The notes under the pieces: model-generated
Told to the model about the DNA's origin: nothing
Database searches by the model: none
Seen by the model: only the letters and a program-made list of their open reading frames with translations
DNA from: Fibrobacteria bacterium
Lineage (GTDB): Bacteria > Fibrobacterota > Fibrobacteria > UBA11236
Reading direction: 5' to 3'
Length of the DNA: 64,000 bases
Assembly (NCBI GenBank): GCA_043745805.1
Contig: JAYTSD010000006.1
Location: 64,001 to 128,000 of the forward strand
Program-made: the position numbers and the translations under genes
In this document: positions 48,349 through 59,316 of the stretch, piece by piece
Layout of the letters: each line of letters opens with the position of its first letter
Numbering within the stretch: position 1 is the first letter of the stretch

Positions 48349-50481
48349 TTAAGCCACCCCATCGAATTTTTTGCCTTTGTCCTCGGTCTCTGGCTTGGCA
48401 TCCGTTGCGGTATCCGCAGGAGTGACTACACCTTGCACGGCACTGGGTGCTTCGGGCTGCGCACGATGGCGAACATAAGCGCGGCTTTTACGCGTGCTGC
48501 CTTGTAATTCACCATCCACGGCTTTGGCAATTTCATCTGCTTCCAAAACTTCATGTTCTAGTAGAGCTTCCGCGAGATTAATCAATTTTTGTTTATTCTC
48601 GGTTAACATATTGGTTACCCGTTCCATCTGGGTTTCGATGATTTTTCTTACTTCACGGTCAATAAGCACGGCTGTGGTTTCGGAATAGTCACGATGCTGG
48701 CTGATTTCTCGGCCCAAGAAAATTTCTTCTTGTTTTTTGCCATACGAAATCGGCCCTAATTCCGACATACCCCATTCGGTAACATATTTACGTGCAAGCT
48801 CGGAGGCTCTTTCGATATCGTTGGAAGCACCAGTATTCATTTGATTGAATATCATAAGTTCCGCAGCCCGACCGCCCATAAGAATGGCGATTTTATCGAG
48901 TACCGAACGTGAATCCATGGTATAGCTGTCTTTAACGGGTAACTGGAAGGTTATCCCTAAAGCGCGTCCACGAGGAATAATGGTGATTTTATGGAGAGGA
49001 TCACTATGTTTTACATTAAGCGAAACAATAGCATGCCCAGCTTCATGATAGGCTGTAGTTCGCTTTTCTTCTTCGGTAATAATCCGCGAGAGGCGTTCGG
49101 TACCGATCATGATTTTGTCTTTGGCTTCTTCAAAATCGACCATACTCACTTTGTCGAGACCAAAACGTGCCGCTAATAAACAAGCTTCATTAACCAAGTT
49201 TTCCAAGTCGGCACCCGACAAGCCTGGTGTGCCGCGAGCAATAGTGGCTACATCAATACCTTCCGACAAGGGTACCTTGCGTTTTTCTAAATGCACTCTT
49301 AAAATACCTTCGCGACCTTTCGCATCGGGCAAATCCACCACTATTTGACGATCAAAGCGACCTGGACGCAAGAGCGCAGGATCAAGTACATCGGCACGAT
49401 TGGTAGCCGCGATTAATATCACGCCATCATTACTATTAAAGCCGTCCATTTCCACCAGTAACTGATTAAGCGTTTGTTCACGTTCATCATGGCCACCACC
49501 TACACCGGCACCGCGATGACGTCCTACCGCATCAATTTCATCGATGAATACAATACAGGGCGCATGTTTTTTGCCTTGTTCAAAAAGATCGCGTACACGA
49601 GAGGCACCCACGCCAACAAACATTTCTACGAAATCCGAACCGGACATGCTGAAAAAAGGAACTTCGGCTTCACCGGCAACCGCTTTAGCTAAAAGCGTTT
49701 TACCAGTTCCTGGAGGGCCTAAAAGTAAAACACCCTTTGGAATGCGTCCCCCAATTTTGGTGAAGCGTAGTGGGTCTTTTAAGAAGTCAATAATTTCATG
49801 TAATTCTTGTTTGGCTTCGTCCGCACCCGCCACATCTTTAAAAGTGATTTTGGGACGATTTTCATCCATCAGCTTGGCACGACTTTTACCGAAATTAAAT
49901 ATGCCGCGTGAACCGCCCATTTGGCCTTGGCGGGCCATCATAAACCAGAAAAAGGCAATTAATAAAAAGAGTGGGAAAAGTGTACTGAGATAACCGAACC
50001 AACGGGTTTCTTTAACAAACTCTACTTTTATTCCTTTTGCAGCTAATTGATCCACTAAGGATTGAACTGCCACTTCGCCTTCGGGCAAAAGCGTTTTGAA
50101 CTTGACAGTCTTAGCCGAAAAGGCACTATGCTTCTGCTTATGGTCTAGTTGTTCTTGCGGAGTGAGTTGGCGTTCACCTACTAAACTGTAGCCTTCCGCA
50201 ATGCGTTGTAATTCCACCGAAGTAACCACCAAGGTTGTGTCGGCAATGATTTTTTTGAACTCACTATAATTTTTATCCTCAAGCGGATTTTGCGAATCCA
50301 AAACTTGAATCAATAGCATAGTGACTAAAACCATGCCTAAAATGATGGTTAAATTCTTTTTTTTCCATTTATTTCCTGGCGGCATGCCGGATTTGGAATC
50401 GGGAATTTTATTCCGATTGAAGGAGGTATTTTTTTTCTCTTGAACCAAATTGTTCTTCTTATCTTCTAGAGGATCTCGCAT
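48349..50481 (-). CDS. ftsH: ATP-dependent zinc metalloprotease FtsH
   Basis: Two TMs, [22 protein letters not shown] and HEAGH. Confidence 0.97.
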   Translation of the reverse strand: MRDPLEDKKNNLVQEKKNTSFNRNKIPDSKSGMPPGNKWKKKNLTIILGMVLVTMLLIQVLDSQNPLEDKNYSEFKKIIADTTLVVTSVELQRIAEGYSLVGERQLTPQEQLDHKQKHSAFSAKTVKFKTLLPEGEVAVQSLVDQLAAKGIKVEFVKETRWFGYLSTLFPLFLLIAFFWFMMARQGQMGGSRGIFNFGKSRAKLMDENRPKITFKDVAGADEAKQELHEIIDFLKDPLRFTKIGGRIPKGVLLLGPPGTGKTLLAKAVAGEAEVPFFSMSGSDFVEMFVGVGASRVRDLFEQGKKHAPCIVFIDEIDAVGRHRGAGVGGGHDEREQTLNQLLVEMDGFNSNDGVILIAATNRADVLDPALLRPGRFDRQIVVDLPDAKGREGILRVHLEKRKVPLSEGIDVATIARGTPGLSGADLENLVNEACLLAARFGLDKVSMVDFEEAKDKIMIGTERLSRIITEEEKRTTAYHEAGHAIVSLNVKHSDPLHKITIIPRGRALGITFQLPVKDSYTMDSRSVLDKIAILMGGRAAELMIFNQMNTGASNDIERASELARKYVTEWGMSELGPISYGKKQEEIFLGREISQHRDYSETTAVLIDREVRKIIETQMERVTNMLTENKQKLINLAEALLEHEVLEADEIAKAVDGELQGSTRKSRAYVRHRAQPEAPSAVQGVVTPADTATDAKPETEDKGKKFDGVA

Positions 50482-51923
50482 TGCAGGACCAATTTTAAAA
50501 TGTTACGGGTGTCTTCTCCCACTTTGAAAAAATCGGAATTACCATAGCCTGGAATCCAAGCGATTATATCCTGAGACATAATCAATGGTAAAGCTTCTCT
50601 TTTTTCGAGTGGAATTTTCTTTTCATTTAAAAATACCTTAAGCTTGCGATGATGACTAGAAACGCCAAATGGCGAAAATCGATCACCTGCATGCTTTGTT
50701 CTAATATTCAATGTACTTGAAAATACATCGGCATCAAAGAGTGCGACAGAATCGCTACTAAGTGGATAGTTTATTTCCATCGGTTTGGGAAACTTTTCCA
50801 TCATTAAATGATACTTAATCCTTCCCCATTGCCAAATAAACTCTTGCTTAGTAAACGAAGCATTTAGAACCGTCGTTTCATTCTGATACTGCTCGGCTTT
50901 TATGGTAGCATTATTTTTTATGCAAAGCACTTTTCCATGCTCTTCCTTTAAACTCCAATAGGGACTTAAGGGTAAATGCAATGTTCCTTTTTTTAGCAGC
51001 CATTGGCGACAAAATTCTTCTAAAAGGCGATGGCTCAAAGCAAAAACATCCGTATTTGATGCTGTTTTATAAAGTTTTTCAATTCCCAAGGCTAAATAGT
51101 CGAATTCTTGATTGGCTATTAATTCATCAATCGTCTTAGAGGAAAGGGTGGCTTTTTCAAATGTTTCAAATTGTATCAAGGTATTACTTAAAAGGTTTTC
51201 CATCTTAGGCCATATCTCACGCAAAGAACAGGCCATATTCCAAATGCGATTTTTTAAATCCGCATTTTCTTTTTCCAAGGACGGTATAAATTGATGACGA
51301 TACCAATTTCGGTCGATGCGAATATCTTGATTACTGTGATCTTCTTTCCACCTTAAATTAAAATATTGGGCATAGGCTTGTATCTCCACTTTACTCCAAG
51401 ACAAGAGTGGCCGCACAATATTCGGCTTGCGCTGAAAAGGAATCGCGCATAAACCTCGAAGGGTAGAGCCGCGTCCAAGGCGTTGAAAAAAAGTTTCGAT
51501 TACATCATCGCGATGATGCGCAGTGAGTACAAAATCAAAATGATGGGCTTGCGACAATTCGGCAAAAAAACCATAACGTGCTTTGCGCGCCCACATTTCT
51601 AAAGATTGGCGAGGAAGTTTAGTTTTAGGGTTTAAGGCTTTCGTGTAAAATGGAATTTTTGCTTTTTCACAATAGGTCTGCAAAAAAACTTCTTCGGCAG
51701 ATGATTCTTGGCGCAAATGATGATTAATATGCGCTACGCTTAATTTGACAGGCAGAGAAATGGCAATGAAGTGCTGAAAAAAGTGCAACATCACCATGGA
51801 GTCGAGGCCGCTAGAAACAGCTAACAATAAGCTTTTATTTTGCGGATCAAAATTTTTACTTTGCCAAAAATTTTGCAGCGAATTTATTTGGGAGCGAAGC
51901 GCTAGAGGCAAATTTTCTAGCAT
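50466..51923 (-). CDS. tilS: tRNA(Ile)-lysidine synthase
   Basis: [27 protein letters not shown] and EDHSN; directly upstream of ftsH. Confidence 0.93.
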   Translation of the reverse strand: MLENLPLALRSQINSLQNFWQSKNFDPQNKSLLLAVSSGLDSMVMLHFFQHFIAISLPVKLSVAHINHHLRQESSAEEVFLQTYCEKAKIPFYTKALNPKTKLPRQSLEMWARKARYGFFAELSQAHHFDFVLTAHHRDDVIETFFQRLGRGSTLRGLCAIPFQRKPNIVRPLLSWSKVEIQAYAQYFNLRWKEDHSNQDIRIDRNWYRHQFIPSLEKENADLKNRIWNMACSLREIWPKMENLLSNTLIQFETFEKATLSSKTIDELIANQEFDYLALGIEKLYKTASNTDVFALSHRLLEEFCRQWLLKKGTLHLPLSPYWSLKEEHGKVLCIKNNATIKAEQYQNETTVLNASFTKQEFIWQWGRIKYHLMMEKFPKPMEINYPLSSDSVALFDADVFSSTLNIRTKHAGDRFSPFGVSSHHRKLKVFLNEKKIPLEKREALPLIMSQDIIAWIPGYGNSDFFKVGEDTRNILKLVLQCEIL

Positions 51924-51949
51924 AGGATTAGCAGAGAGGGGATGAAAAA

Positions 51950-52351
51950 TTATTCGTTGGACGCCTCAAGCGGTTTACCTTGAATTTCCCATTGTCCGTT
52001 TTTTAAAGTGCGAAAAAAACAAGAGCGATACCCTTCATGGCAGGCGGCGCCTAAGCCTTCGGGTTTTACTTTAAAGACTAAAGCATCGCCATCACAATCG
52101 ATTTGGGCGGAAATTACGGTTTGAAAATTGCCGGAAGTTTTCCCTTTCACCCAAATTTCTTGGCGGGAACGCGACCAATAAGTCATGATGCCGGTTTCCA
52201 AAGTGAGTTGTAAGGCTTCGCGATTCATATGCGCTAACATCAACACTTCGCCATTTTGATCATCAATAGCCACAGCTGTAGCCAAGCCTTTATCATCAAA
52301 TTTAATGGCGGAAAGGATGGTTTCAAAATCTTGTGAATTATTTACGAACAT
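51950..52351 (-). CDS. hisI: Phosphoribosyl-AMP cyclohydrolase
   Basis: YWSRSRQEIWVKGKTSG, DCDGD and ACHEGYRSCF. Confidence 0.95.
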   Translation of the reverse strand: MFVNNSQDFETILSAIKFDDKGLATAVAIDDQNGEVLMLAHMNREALQLTLETGIMTYWSRSRQEIWVKGKTSGNFQTVISAQIDCDGDALVFKVKPEGLGAACHEGYRSCFFRTLKNGQWEIQGKPLEASNE

Positions 52352-53600
52352 GACCTTTGCCTGTGACTATCCATTGATAGGTGGTTAAGCTTTCCACGCC
52401 CATGGGGCCGCGCGCATGAAGTTTATCGGTACTAATCCCTACTTCGGCTCCTAGGCCATATTCATACCCATCGGCAAAGCGTGTGGACGCATTAATCATT
52501 AATGATGAACTATCGACATCGGCCAAAAAGGCTTTTTGCACTTTAACGGATTGCGCCAAAACGGCATCGGTATGTCCCGTACCATGCAGGTTAATATGTT
52601 CAATCGCTCCTTGTATGCCATCCACGGTTTTTACCGCAAGGCGTAAATCCAAATACTCTTCATCCCAATCTTCGGGAGTGGCCGAAATGACTTGAGTATT
52701 TAAAGAGGCAATAGTTTCATCGCCATGAATTTCTACCCCTTGGGCGAGTAGGCTATTAATGATTTCAATTAGTTTTTTCTTCGGCAAATGTTTATCAAGT
52801 AATAAAGTTTCCATGGCATTGCAGGCGCTTGGCCTTTGCACTTTGGCATTGATTAATAAAGCAGCCACTTTTTTCCAGTCCGCCGTATTGTCTACATAAA
52901 TATGGCAAACCCCTTTATAATGCTTAATCACAGGGATGCGGGATTTTTCCACCACCGCGCGAATTAAGCTTTCACCACCGCGAGGAATCACCAAATCAAT
53001 ATGCTTGGTGTCGGATAGTAAATAATCCACTAATTGACGATCTACTACATTTACTAATTGTACCGCATCGGCAGTAACCTTTTCACTTTGTAAAGCCTCA
53101 GTAAAAAGTTTAGCGAAAATAGCATTGCTATAGGCCGCTTCTTTACCGCCGCGCAAAATTACCGCATTCCCGCTTTTTAAACATAAGGCGCCGCCATCTA
53201 CAGTAACATTGGGGCGCGCTTCAAAAATGAAAAATACGGTTCCAATCGGCACGGAGACACGTGCAATTTTTAGTCCATCTTTACGCGTATGCTTACCCAA
53301 GGTTTTGCCGAGCGGATCTTTAATGGCGATAATATCTTTTAAGCTGGAAATAATTCCGGCTAATCTTTTTTCATTGAGCAGTAGCCTATCCAACATAGGA
53401 GCGGGTAATCCAGCTTTTTTTCCCGCTTCAATATCTTTGGCATTTTCTTTTAAAATTTCCACATTGGCCGAATTGATTTTACTAATCAGTTTTTTTAGTA
53501 CGGCATTGCGTTTGGCCACGGGGAGCTGACGTAAAGCACGCGAAGCCTTGCGCGCCTTCTCGCCTAATTCCTTGGCATATTGTTCTATCGAATTATTCAT
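52338..53600 (-). CDS. proA: Gamma-glutamyl phosphate reductase
   Basis: FEARPNV, IPRGG, CNAMETLL, NASTRF and KLHARGPMG. Confidence 0.96.
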   Translation of the reverse strand: MNNSIEQYAKELGEKARKASRALRQLPVAKRNAVLKKLISKINSANVEILKENAKDIEAGKKAGLPAPMLDRLLLNEKRLAGIISSLKDIIAIKDPLGKTLGKHTRKDGLKIARVSVPIGTVFFIFEARPNVTVDGGALCLKSGNAVILRGGKEAAYSNAIFAKLFTEALQSEKVTADAVQLVNVVDRQLVDYLLSDTKHIDLVIPRGGESLIRAVVEKSRIPVIKHYKGVCHIYVDNTADWKKVAALLINAKVQRPSACNAMETLLLDKHLPKKKLIEIINSLLAQGVEIHGDETIASLNTQVISATPEDWDEEYLDLRLAVKTVDGIQGAIEHINLHGTGHTDAVLAQSVKVQKAFLADVDSSSLMINASTRFADGYEYGLGAEVGISTDKLHARGPMGVESLTTYQWIVTGKGHVRK

Positions 53601-53655
53601 AAGCTAAAGGTAAAATAATTAATATGGGCATTGGGTCACGGTATTTGTAATGTCC

Positions 53656-54786
53656 TTAATACATCACTAAATTATCGCGATGCACCACTTCGTCGGGACC
53701 GCGACGACCTAGGATTTCGGCGATACGTTGACTTTTTTCGCCTTTAATGCATGCCGTTTCCTCCGAATTGTAGGAGATTTTTCCGCGGCCAATTACCTCT
53801 CCGTCTTGGTCACAAATTTCCACAAAGTCACCGGCCTTAAAGTTGCCTTTTACTTTGCGAATACCTGCTGGTAACAAACTTGACTTGCCTTTGCGCAAAA
53901 CCTTGGTGCCGCCTTCATCCAAAATCAATTGCCCTTTGGCTTTGGAAACAAAGGCCAGCCAACGTTTAGTATGTTGAATTTTTTCCGGATTAGGCAAAAA
54001 TAAAGTGCCCACATTTTGACCTTTGACTAGAGCAATTAAAGGCGCAAAATGGCCGCGCGTGAGTACGGCAGGTGTTCCGGCTTCCACCGCCTGGCGAATA
54101 GCTTTGAGCTTGGCTTGCATACCGCCTACGCTCACTTTGGATCCTGGGCCTCCTTCGCCCATGCGTAAAATTTCCGGCGTGATTTTAGGCACCACGGCAA
54201 TAAGCTGCGCATCGGGTGATGTTTTGGGATTTTTATTGTATAACCCTTGTTCATCGGAAAGAATGATCAATAAGTCGGCTTCTAAAAAGTGAGCTACATC
54301 GGCACTGAGCTTATCATTATCGCCAACTTTAATTTCATCTGTAGTAATAGAATCATTTTCATTAATAATCGGCAATACACCGCGGCTCAATAGCGTATTC
54401 ACCGTATTACGAATATTATTGTAGCGAGTTTTGTTTTGAAAATCGTCACCCGATAAAAGAATTTGCGCAACCACTTTTTTCTTTTGAGCAAAAAGTTCCG
54501 AATACAAATGCATTAAACGTATTTGCCCAATGGCCGCGCAAGCCTGCTTCTCAGCAAGCATAGTGGGACGCGAGGCGTAATTCAATGCGCCCATGCCTGC
54601 GCCTACGGCGCCCGAAGTGACGAGTACCACTTCATAACCTAAATCTTTAAGTCCACAAATTTCATGCACTAAATGTTCGAATTGCGGGCGGCTTAAATTG
54701 TTTTGCTCATCGCATAAAATGCGACTACCTACTTTAATCACTAACTTTTTTAGGCCTTGAAAGACCTGCTTACGAATTTCATCCAT
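53656..54786 (-). CDS. proB: Glutamate 5-kinase with PUA domain
   Basis: VIKVGS, SGAV, INEND, GDNDKLSA, GGM..K and SLLPAGI. Confidence 0.96.
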   Translation of the reverse strand: MDEIRKQVFQGLKKLVIKVGSRILCDEQNNLSRPQFEHLVHEICGLKDLGYEVVLVTSGAVGAGMGALNYASRPTMLAEKQACAAIGQIRLMHLYSELFAQKKKVVAQILLSGDDFQNKTRYNNIRNTVNTLLSRGVLPIINENDSITTDEIKVGDNDKLSADVAHFLEADLLIILSDEQGLYNKNPKTSPDAQLIAVVPKITPEILRMGEGGPGSKVSVGGMQAKLKAIRQAVEAGTPAVLTRGHFAPLIALVKGQNVGTLFLPNPEKIQHTKRWLAFVSKAKGQLILDEGGTKVLRKGKSSLLPAGIRKVKGNFKAGDFVEICDQDGEVIGRGKISYNSEETACIKGEKSQRIAEILGRRGPDEVVHRDNLVMY

Positions 54787-54850
54787 ATAGAGAATGTAAA
54801 TACTCTGGAAAGGCTATACAAATTTTGACGGGAGGTTAAGACGTTTAAAT

Positions 54851-55522
54851 TCAAGCGCTTTCGCTTGGAAAATTAATCGCCGCGGATTTTACAAACGGGG
54901 CTTTATTTGACTGTAAAAGTTCCTCAACCACAGTTCCAAATTCCGTAACGATTTGTGATTCTCTTATTATTGCTAAATCGAAAAACATGAGTACATGATC
55001 CGAACCCTCAATTCCAGCTGTTGATTCAAACTTCGAATCTTCTTTTGGATTTTTTTCAACTTTTTTAAATCCAACTTTTTCATAAAAGCCAATGGCCGCA
55101 GGATAAGCGTCAACGGTAAGAAATCGACATCCCGTTTTGTTTTTCAAGATAAAGAGAACTTGAATAAATGAGACTATTGATGTTCCGATACCCTTTTTCT
55201 GAATACCATTCTTTACTGCCAAGCGAGCTATTTTGACGGCTGGAAAGTTTTTAAAATTTCGTTTAGGATGTGGAATGTCATTTGCGGCATGTTTAAGTTT
55301 TTTTCGATCTTCGCCGAAATCATGAATGTCAAGGCGATCATTGCACAGGCTAAACATGGCAACAATTTCTTCTTGAAATTCTATGGCATAGGTAACCGCA
55401 AGAAATTGTTTTAAATAGTTACGACAATCATCTCGAAAAAATGAGGTTAAATCATCATCTCCACACTCAAATTCAATTTCTTCGTTCTGGTCAATTCTCC
55501 GAACGAAAATTTCCGAAGGCAT
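54851..55522 (-). CDS. GNAT acetyltransferase, TA-toxin-like
   Basis: FECGDDDLTSF, FPAVKIARLAV, QKKGIG and FLTVDAY..AIGFYEKVGF. Confidence 0.8.
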   Translation of the reverse strand: MPSEIFVRRIDQNEEIEFECGDDDLTSFFRDDCRNYLKQFLAVTYAIEFQEEIVAMFSLCNDRLDIHDFGEDRKKLKHAANDIPHPKRNFKNFPAVKIARLAVKNGIQKKGIGTSIVSFIQVLFILKNKTGCRFLTVDAYPAAIGFYEKVGFKKVEKNPKEDSKFESTAGIEGSDHVLMFFDLAIIRESQIVTEFGTVVEELLQSNKAPFVKSAAINFPSESA

Positions 55523-55707
55523 TATTTTTTATTAGAGAGAATAGATTCTGCGTTATGAAAAAAATACAGAGCCTTTTTCATATTACTTTCTACAATATTT
55601 TTTTGAATAAAATTGACTTCACCTTGATTGGTACGTTCAATTTCCTGTATCAATTCTTTTGCTTGTAGCCCAGTTACGGGATAGCTATTTGATATTGGTT
55701 TGGCCAT
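55522..55707 (-). CDS. Small protein translationally coupled to the GNAT; putative antitoxin
   Basis: AAGGAG RBS; TAATG overlap with the GNAT start; 61 aa. Confidence 0.6.
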   Translation of the reverse strand: MAKPISNSYPVTGLQAKELIQEIERTNQGEVNFIQKNIVESNMKKALYFFHNAESILSNKK

Positions 55708-55895
55708 TCCACGGCTCCTTTACAGAAAATCAAGCGAAAACCCAAATAATAATAAATCTATCACAATTATACAGTGATTTAGCAGTAGAAATATTATTAC
55801 ATAATCAAGGGGAAATATCGCGTCTAGGTGCCTTTGAGCTAACGAAAAACCGTAAATACTCTGGAAACCCCATTAAAACCTTTAAACAAAAACCC

Positions 55896-56387
55896 TTAGC
55901 GGATTTTTTCTAGCTCTTTTAACACTTTTTCGTATTTCTTTTTTTCTGATTGTAGCTGCACTATCATGGTGCGTAATTCTGCTGTTTCTTTGGCCAACTG
56001 ATCAATTTTTTCATCTTGGTTTTTTTGCTGGGAATTTTTTTTAAGGGTATTTAATTGGCGCAAAAAAACTTCCGCATGTACCGCACGCGTGGGTTTGCTC
56101 CAGAGGCCAGTCTGATTATTCAAAAGTATTTGTGCCGAGTCTCGATTAGAACTTTCTAGAAAGTAAATAATTTTCCAGTACGCCCCTAATTCTTGATCTT
56201 CGAGATTATCACTTTGAATAAGCTTATTCGTTTCGGCCAAAGCAAGATCCATTTTTTTTAATAATAAAAATTCCGCTATATTTATAGAGGACGTCGATTT
56301 GAATTCGTCTTTGATCACGATTTTATTTGCTGGAGCGGTGGCACAACTCATAAATAAAAGGAAAATTACTAGGTACATGGATTTCAT
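55896..56387 (-). CDS. Lipoprotein with helical body and C-terminal coiled coil
   Basis: Lipobox-like LFMSC; tail LQSEKKKYEKVLKELEKIR; overlaps the upstream gene's stop. Confidence 0.6.
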   Translation of the reverse strand: MKSMYLVIFLLFMSCATAPANKIVIKDEFKSTSSINIAEFLLLKKMDLALAETNKLIQSDNLEDQELGAYWKIIYFLESSNRDSAQILLNNQTGLWSKPTRAVHAEVFLRQLNTLKKNSQQKNQDEKIDQLAKETAELRTMIVQLQSEKKKYEKVLKELEKIR

Positions 56388-57616
56388 GCCACATTCCAGT
56401 CTCTTTTGAGAACTTGGCTGGATCGCAGTATATCTATCATTTTATCGCGTTCATCAATATAATTTTCGGTTACGGGCTCGCGAATTTCTTTAAGCCTTTG
56501 GGTAACGGTAAAGATACGTTGTGTTTCATTAATAATGGAGGTTAATTTATTGCGAGTCATTTCATCCGCATGCGGCCAAACCGCTAAAAGAAATTCGGCA
56601 TTCCCACTAATAATCATTAAAGGATTATTGATTTCATGGTTCACACTACGAACTATTTGATCAATGGTTTCCAGTCTTTTTAAACGCACTTCGGAATTTT
56701 GATTTTTGTCGAGTTGACTAGACATGTGATTAAAATCCCGAGCCAATTCTCCAATTTCATTTTTGGAATTGACATGAATTTGATAACCCAAATTTCCTTC
56801 CGCAATTTGAAAGGCTCCGCGCTCAACTACTTTTAAAGGATCAAGAATCTTCCATTTTAAAATAAAACCTAAATACCCAATGAGTCCCAATAGGAGCAGT
56901 AAGGAATAAAAGCCTCTATCGCGTGCCAGTCCAATGGAATTTTTTAAACTATTCATTTTCTCTTGGCGCTCACTACCCATAATCGCTTGCGCTCTGGTCA
57001 AACCTTCACGCAAATCCGATTCATAATTTTTAAACAAGGTATTTTTTGATTCATCGATGAAGGATATGGGTGTAGGAGGAAGAAGCAAGCTTTTATCTTG
57101 AAGACTAATTTTTAAGGGTTTATTTTTTCTCATCGCTTTAGATAAAAATTTTTTCTTCAATTTTGCTTTAGGCGCAGCGGCAACAGGAATAATTGATACA
57201 CTGCTTTGTGTTTGATGATATTCGATAGAAAACTTATCCAATATTTGCGCATAAACAATATTCTTTTCATGCAAAATCTTTAAGGCCCGAGCAGAAGGCA
57301 GTACTTCATTAATCCCGATATTTTGTATTTGATCAAATAGTTCATTAGCTTGCATCAAGGCATTACGGTAACTGACAAGATAACTTTCCTCTCCTAAGGC
57401 CATAAATTTTGTCCGCTCTCGAGCGCTGGTAGATATTCGTGTATTCCAGCTCGTCACACAATCATTAACTTCCGCACTTTGTGCCAATTCATGCGTTTTA
57501 ATAGCAATGCTGGAAATTTCGTGGAAAAGTAAAACGAGGAAAAATAAAATACCCCAGAATACAGCGAGCACCACAGCGGACAATTGAAATTGTAAACTAT
57601 GAATAAATTTTTCCAC
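56384..57616 (-). CDS. Membrane sensor with HAMP and HisKA domains but no ATPase domain
   Basis: Two TMs; HAMP (EIGELARDFNHM); H-box VNHEINNPL; protein ends about 80 aa later with no N/G boxes. Confidence 0.75.
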   Translation of the reverse strand: MEKFIHSLQFQLSAVVLAVFWGILFFLVLLFHEISSIAIKTHELAQSAEVNDCVTSWNTRISTSARERTKFMALGEESYLVSYRNALMQANELFDQIQNIGINEVLPSARALKILHEKNIVYAQILDKFSIEYHQTQSSVSIIPVAAAPKAKLKKKFLSKAMRKNKPLKISLQDKSLLLPPTPISFIDESKNTLFKNYESDLREGLTRAQAIMGSERQEKMNSLKNSIGLARDRGFYSLLLLLGLIGYLGFILKWKILDPLKVVERGAFQIAEGNLGYQIHVNSKNEIGELARDFNHMSSQLDKNQNSEVRLKRLETIDQIVRSVNHEINNPLMIISGNAEFLLAVWPHADEMTRNKLTSIINETQRIFTVTQRLKEIREPVTENYIDERDKMIDILRSSQVLKRDWNVA

Positions 57617-57735
57617 AAAACTACACTTGTTGAGGTTTCACTTATCCTTTACATTTTAAGGGCTGGCTAAATTCGGTACAAGTTATAAACGATAATGACA
57701 TCACAAAAAAGTATATTAAGCGATGAAGGGCATTA

Positions 57736-59316
57736 ATGCAAAAAACTAAGATTTGGGCCATTAGTCTTTGCATGGTTTTTTGGGCTCCCATCAGTCTTTG
57801 TGCTTTCAATCCAGAATTGGCGCATGTACTAGCGGCTTTGCGGGATGAAGTGGAGCAGGGTCGTTTAACCTCAACAGAATACACCTCTTTTTATGAGGAA
57901 TTAACTGAGGATATGGAATGTAAGGATTTATTTTCCTCCCATGAAATTATTCAAAACAGGATTCAAGAAATTTGCAGTAAAGCTAAAAATCAAAAGCCTT
58001 CCACTTTAAAGTTTAGCTTACAACAAGCTATTTATCCTCAACAAGAGATTTACCCGCCGACACTTCTTCAGGCAAAATGGAATGCCATGCTGAGCAAGGG
58101 GGAGATAAATTTTTTAGATCAAACACTTTTTAGACGTAACGCCAATGTTTCCCTTGGTGATTTTACTGTATCCCTAGGCCATTTGCATTCCTCCCAAAAA
58201 ACTCACCTTTCTTTTATACAAGGCCGTAATTTTTTCCCCCAACAAAAAAGTTTAAACGTAGCCGAAGGTTGGCTTTCTTCCTCCTATCCCCATTTGAACG
58301 GTTTGGGTTTACAGTGGGAGCACGGAAGTTTTGCAGCGGCAAGTCACGCAACTTGGAATCCGGTTTTGGGAGCCGATTCTACGCGTAATACTATTCAACA
58401 ATACTCGGGATTTGTTTTAGTACAAAAACCTCTTTGGGAATTATCTTGGCAAAGTGAATATTCGGATTTTAATTTCTCCCAAAGCGTCACAAATTTGCGC
58501 TCTCGAGATTTTTTATTGAATGGAATTAAAGCATGTTTGCCCGAGCAAGGCCTGAGTATCGGATTAGGGCATAGTTTGGAGGGACGAGTAAATCGTCAAG
58601 GCTTGTACGGCGAATCACAATTTAAAGAAGGTGACTCTTCGGCATATTTTTCTCTTCACATCGATCAATCCTCTTTAGCTTGGTATAATCCTTTGCCGGT
58701 TACTGCGGTTTATAGTTTAGACACTTTGGATGGAAATGTGATTGTAGGTGCAGCAGGACAGGGCTCTTTGGGATTGACTACACTTTTTCCTTTGCTGACA
58801 TTTTCTTTTTTCGAGGATTCATCCAAGGTATTGGTTAAAACGCAAACTCTGGCTACGTGGTCCATAACGGAAAAAAACTTTTCCCGACGCTTAGCTGATT
58901 TTGCTTTGCAAGAAAAACTAGGACACTATTGGCAGAGTGCGGAATATTCCCTAAATGCTTTGGAAAACTTGGAAACCAAATCCATAATATGGAGCATTTA
59001 TTATCGCGCTTATTATACATGGTTTTGGCAAAAAGTCGGGTATTCTCTAGGTTACAAAGGAGATTCGTATCATGGTAGTTACTCCCATCCTGGAGAAATA
59101 AATTGGACGGCGAATACGGATTATCTGGAAACCTTGACTTTAAGTGTCCTAACCGGAAATGTTTTTTTACCAAACAAAAATCTTTATTTTACGCTTTGGC
59201 AAAGTTGGGGTTTGCTGTATGGTATTCGTTTAGGCGGAGGGTTTAGGCTTCCATGGATTTCAGGTGAATTATCCAAGGAAGCCTATTTTCAAATGCGTAC
59301 CGATTGGGCTTATTAG
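57736..59316 (+). CDS. Exported hypothetical protein, probable outer-membrane beta-barrel
   Basis: Signal peptide; short helical N-domain, then aromatic amphipathic strands ending FQMRTDWAY. Confidence 0.5.
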   Translation: MQKTKIWAISLCMVFWAPISLCAFNPELAHVLAALRDEVEQGRLTSTEYTSFYEELTEDMECKDLFSSHEIIQNRIQEICSKAKNQKPSTLKFSLQQAIYPQQEIYPPTLLQAKWNAMLSKGEINFLDQTLFRRNANVSLGDFTVSLGHLHSSQKTHLSFIQGRNFFPQQKSLNVAEGWLSSSYPHLNGLGLQWEHGSFAAASHATWNPVLGADSTRNTIQQYSGFVLVQKPLWELSWQSEYSDFNFSQSVTNLRSRDFLLNGIKACLPEQGLSIGLGHSLEGRVNRQGLYGESQFKEGDSSAYFSLHIDQSSLAWYNPLPVTAVYSLDTLDGNVIVGAAGQGSLGLTTLFPLLTFSFFEDSSKVLVKTQTLATWSITEKNFSRRLADFALQEKLGHYWQSAEYSLNALENLETKSIIWSIYYRAYYTWFWQKVGYSLGYKGDSYHGSYSHPGEINWTANTDYLETLTLSVLTGNVFLPNKNLYFTLWQSWGLLYGIRLGGGFRLPWISGELSKEAYFQMRTDWAY

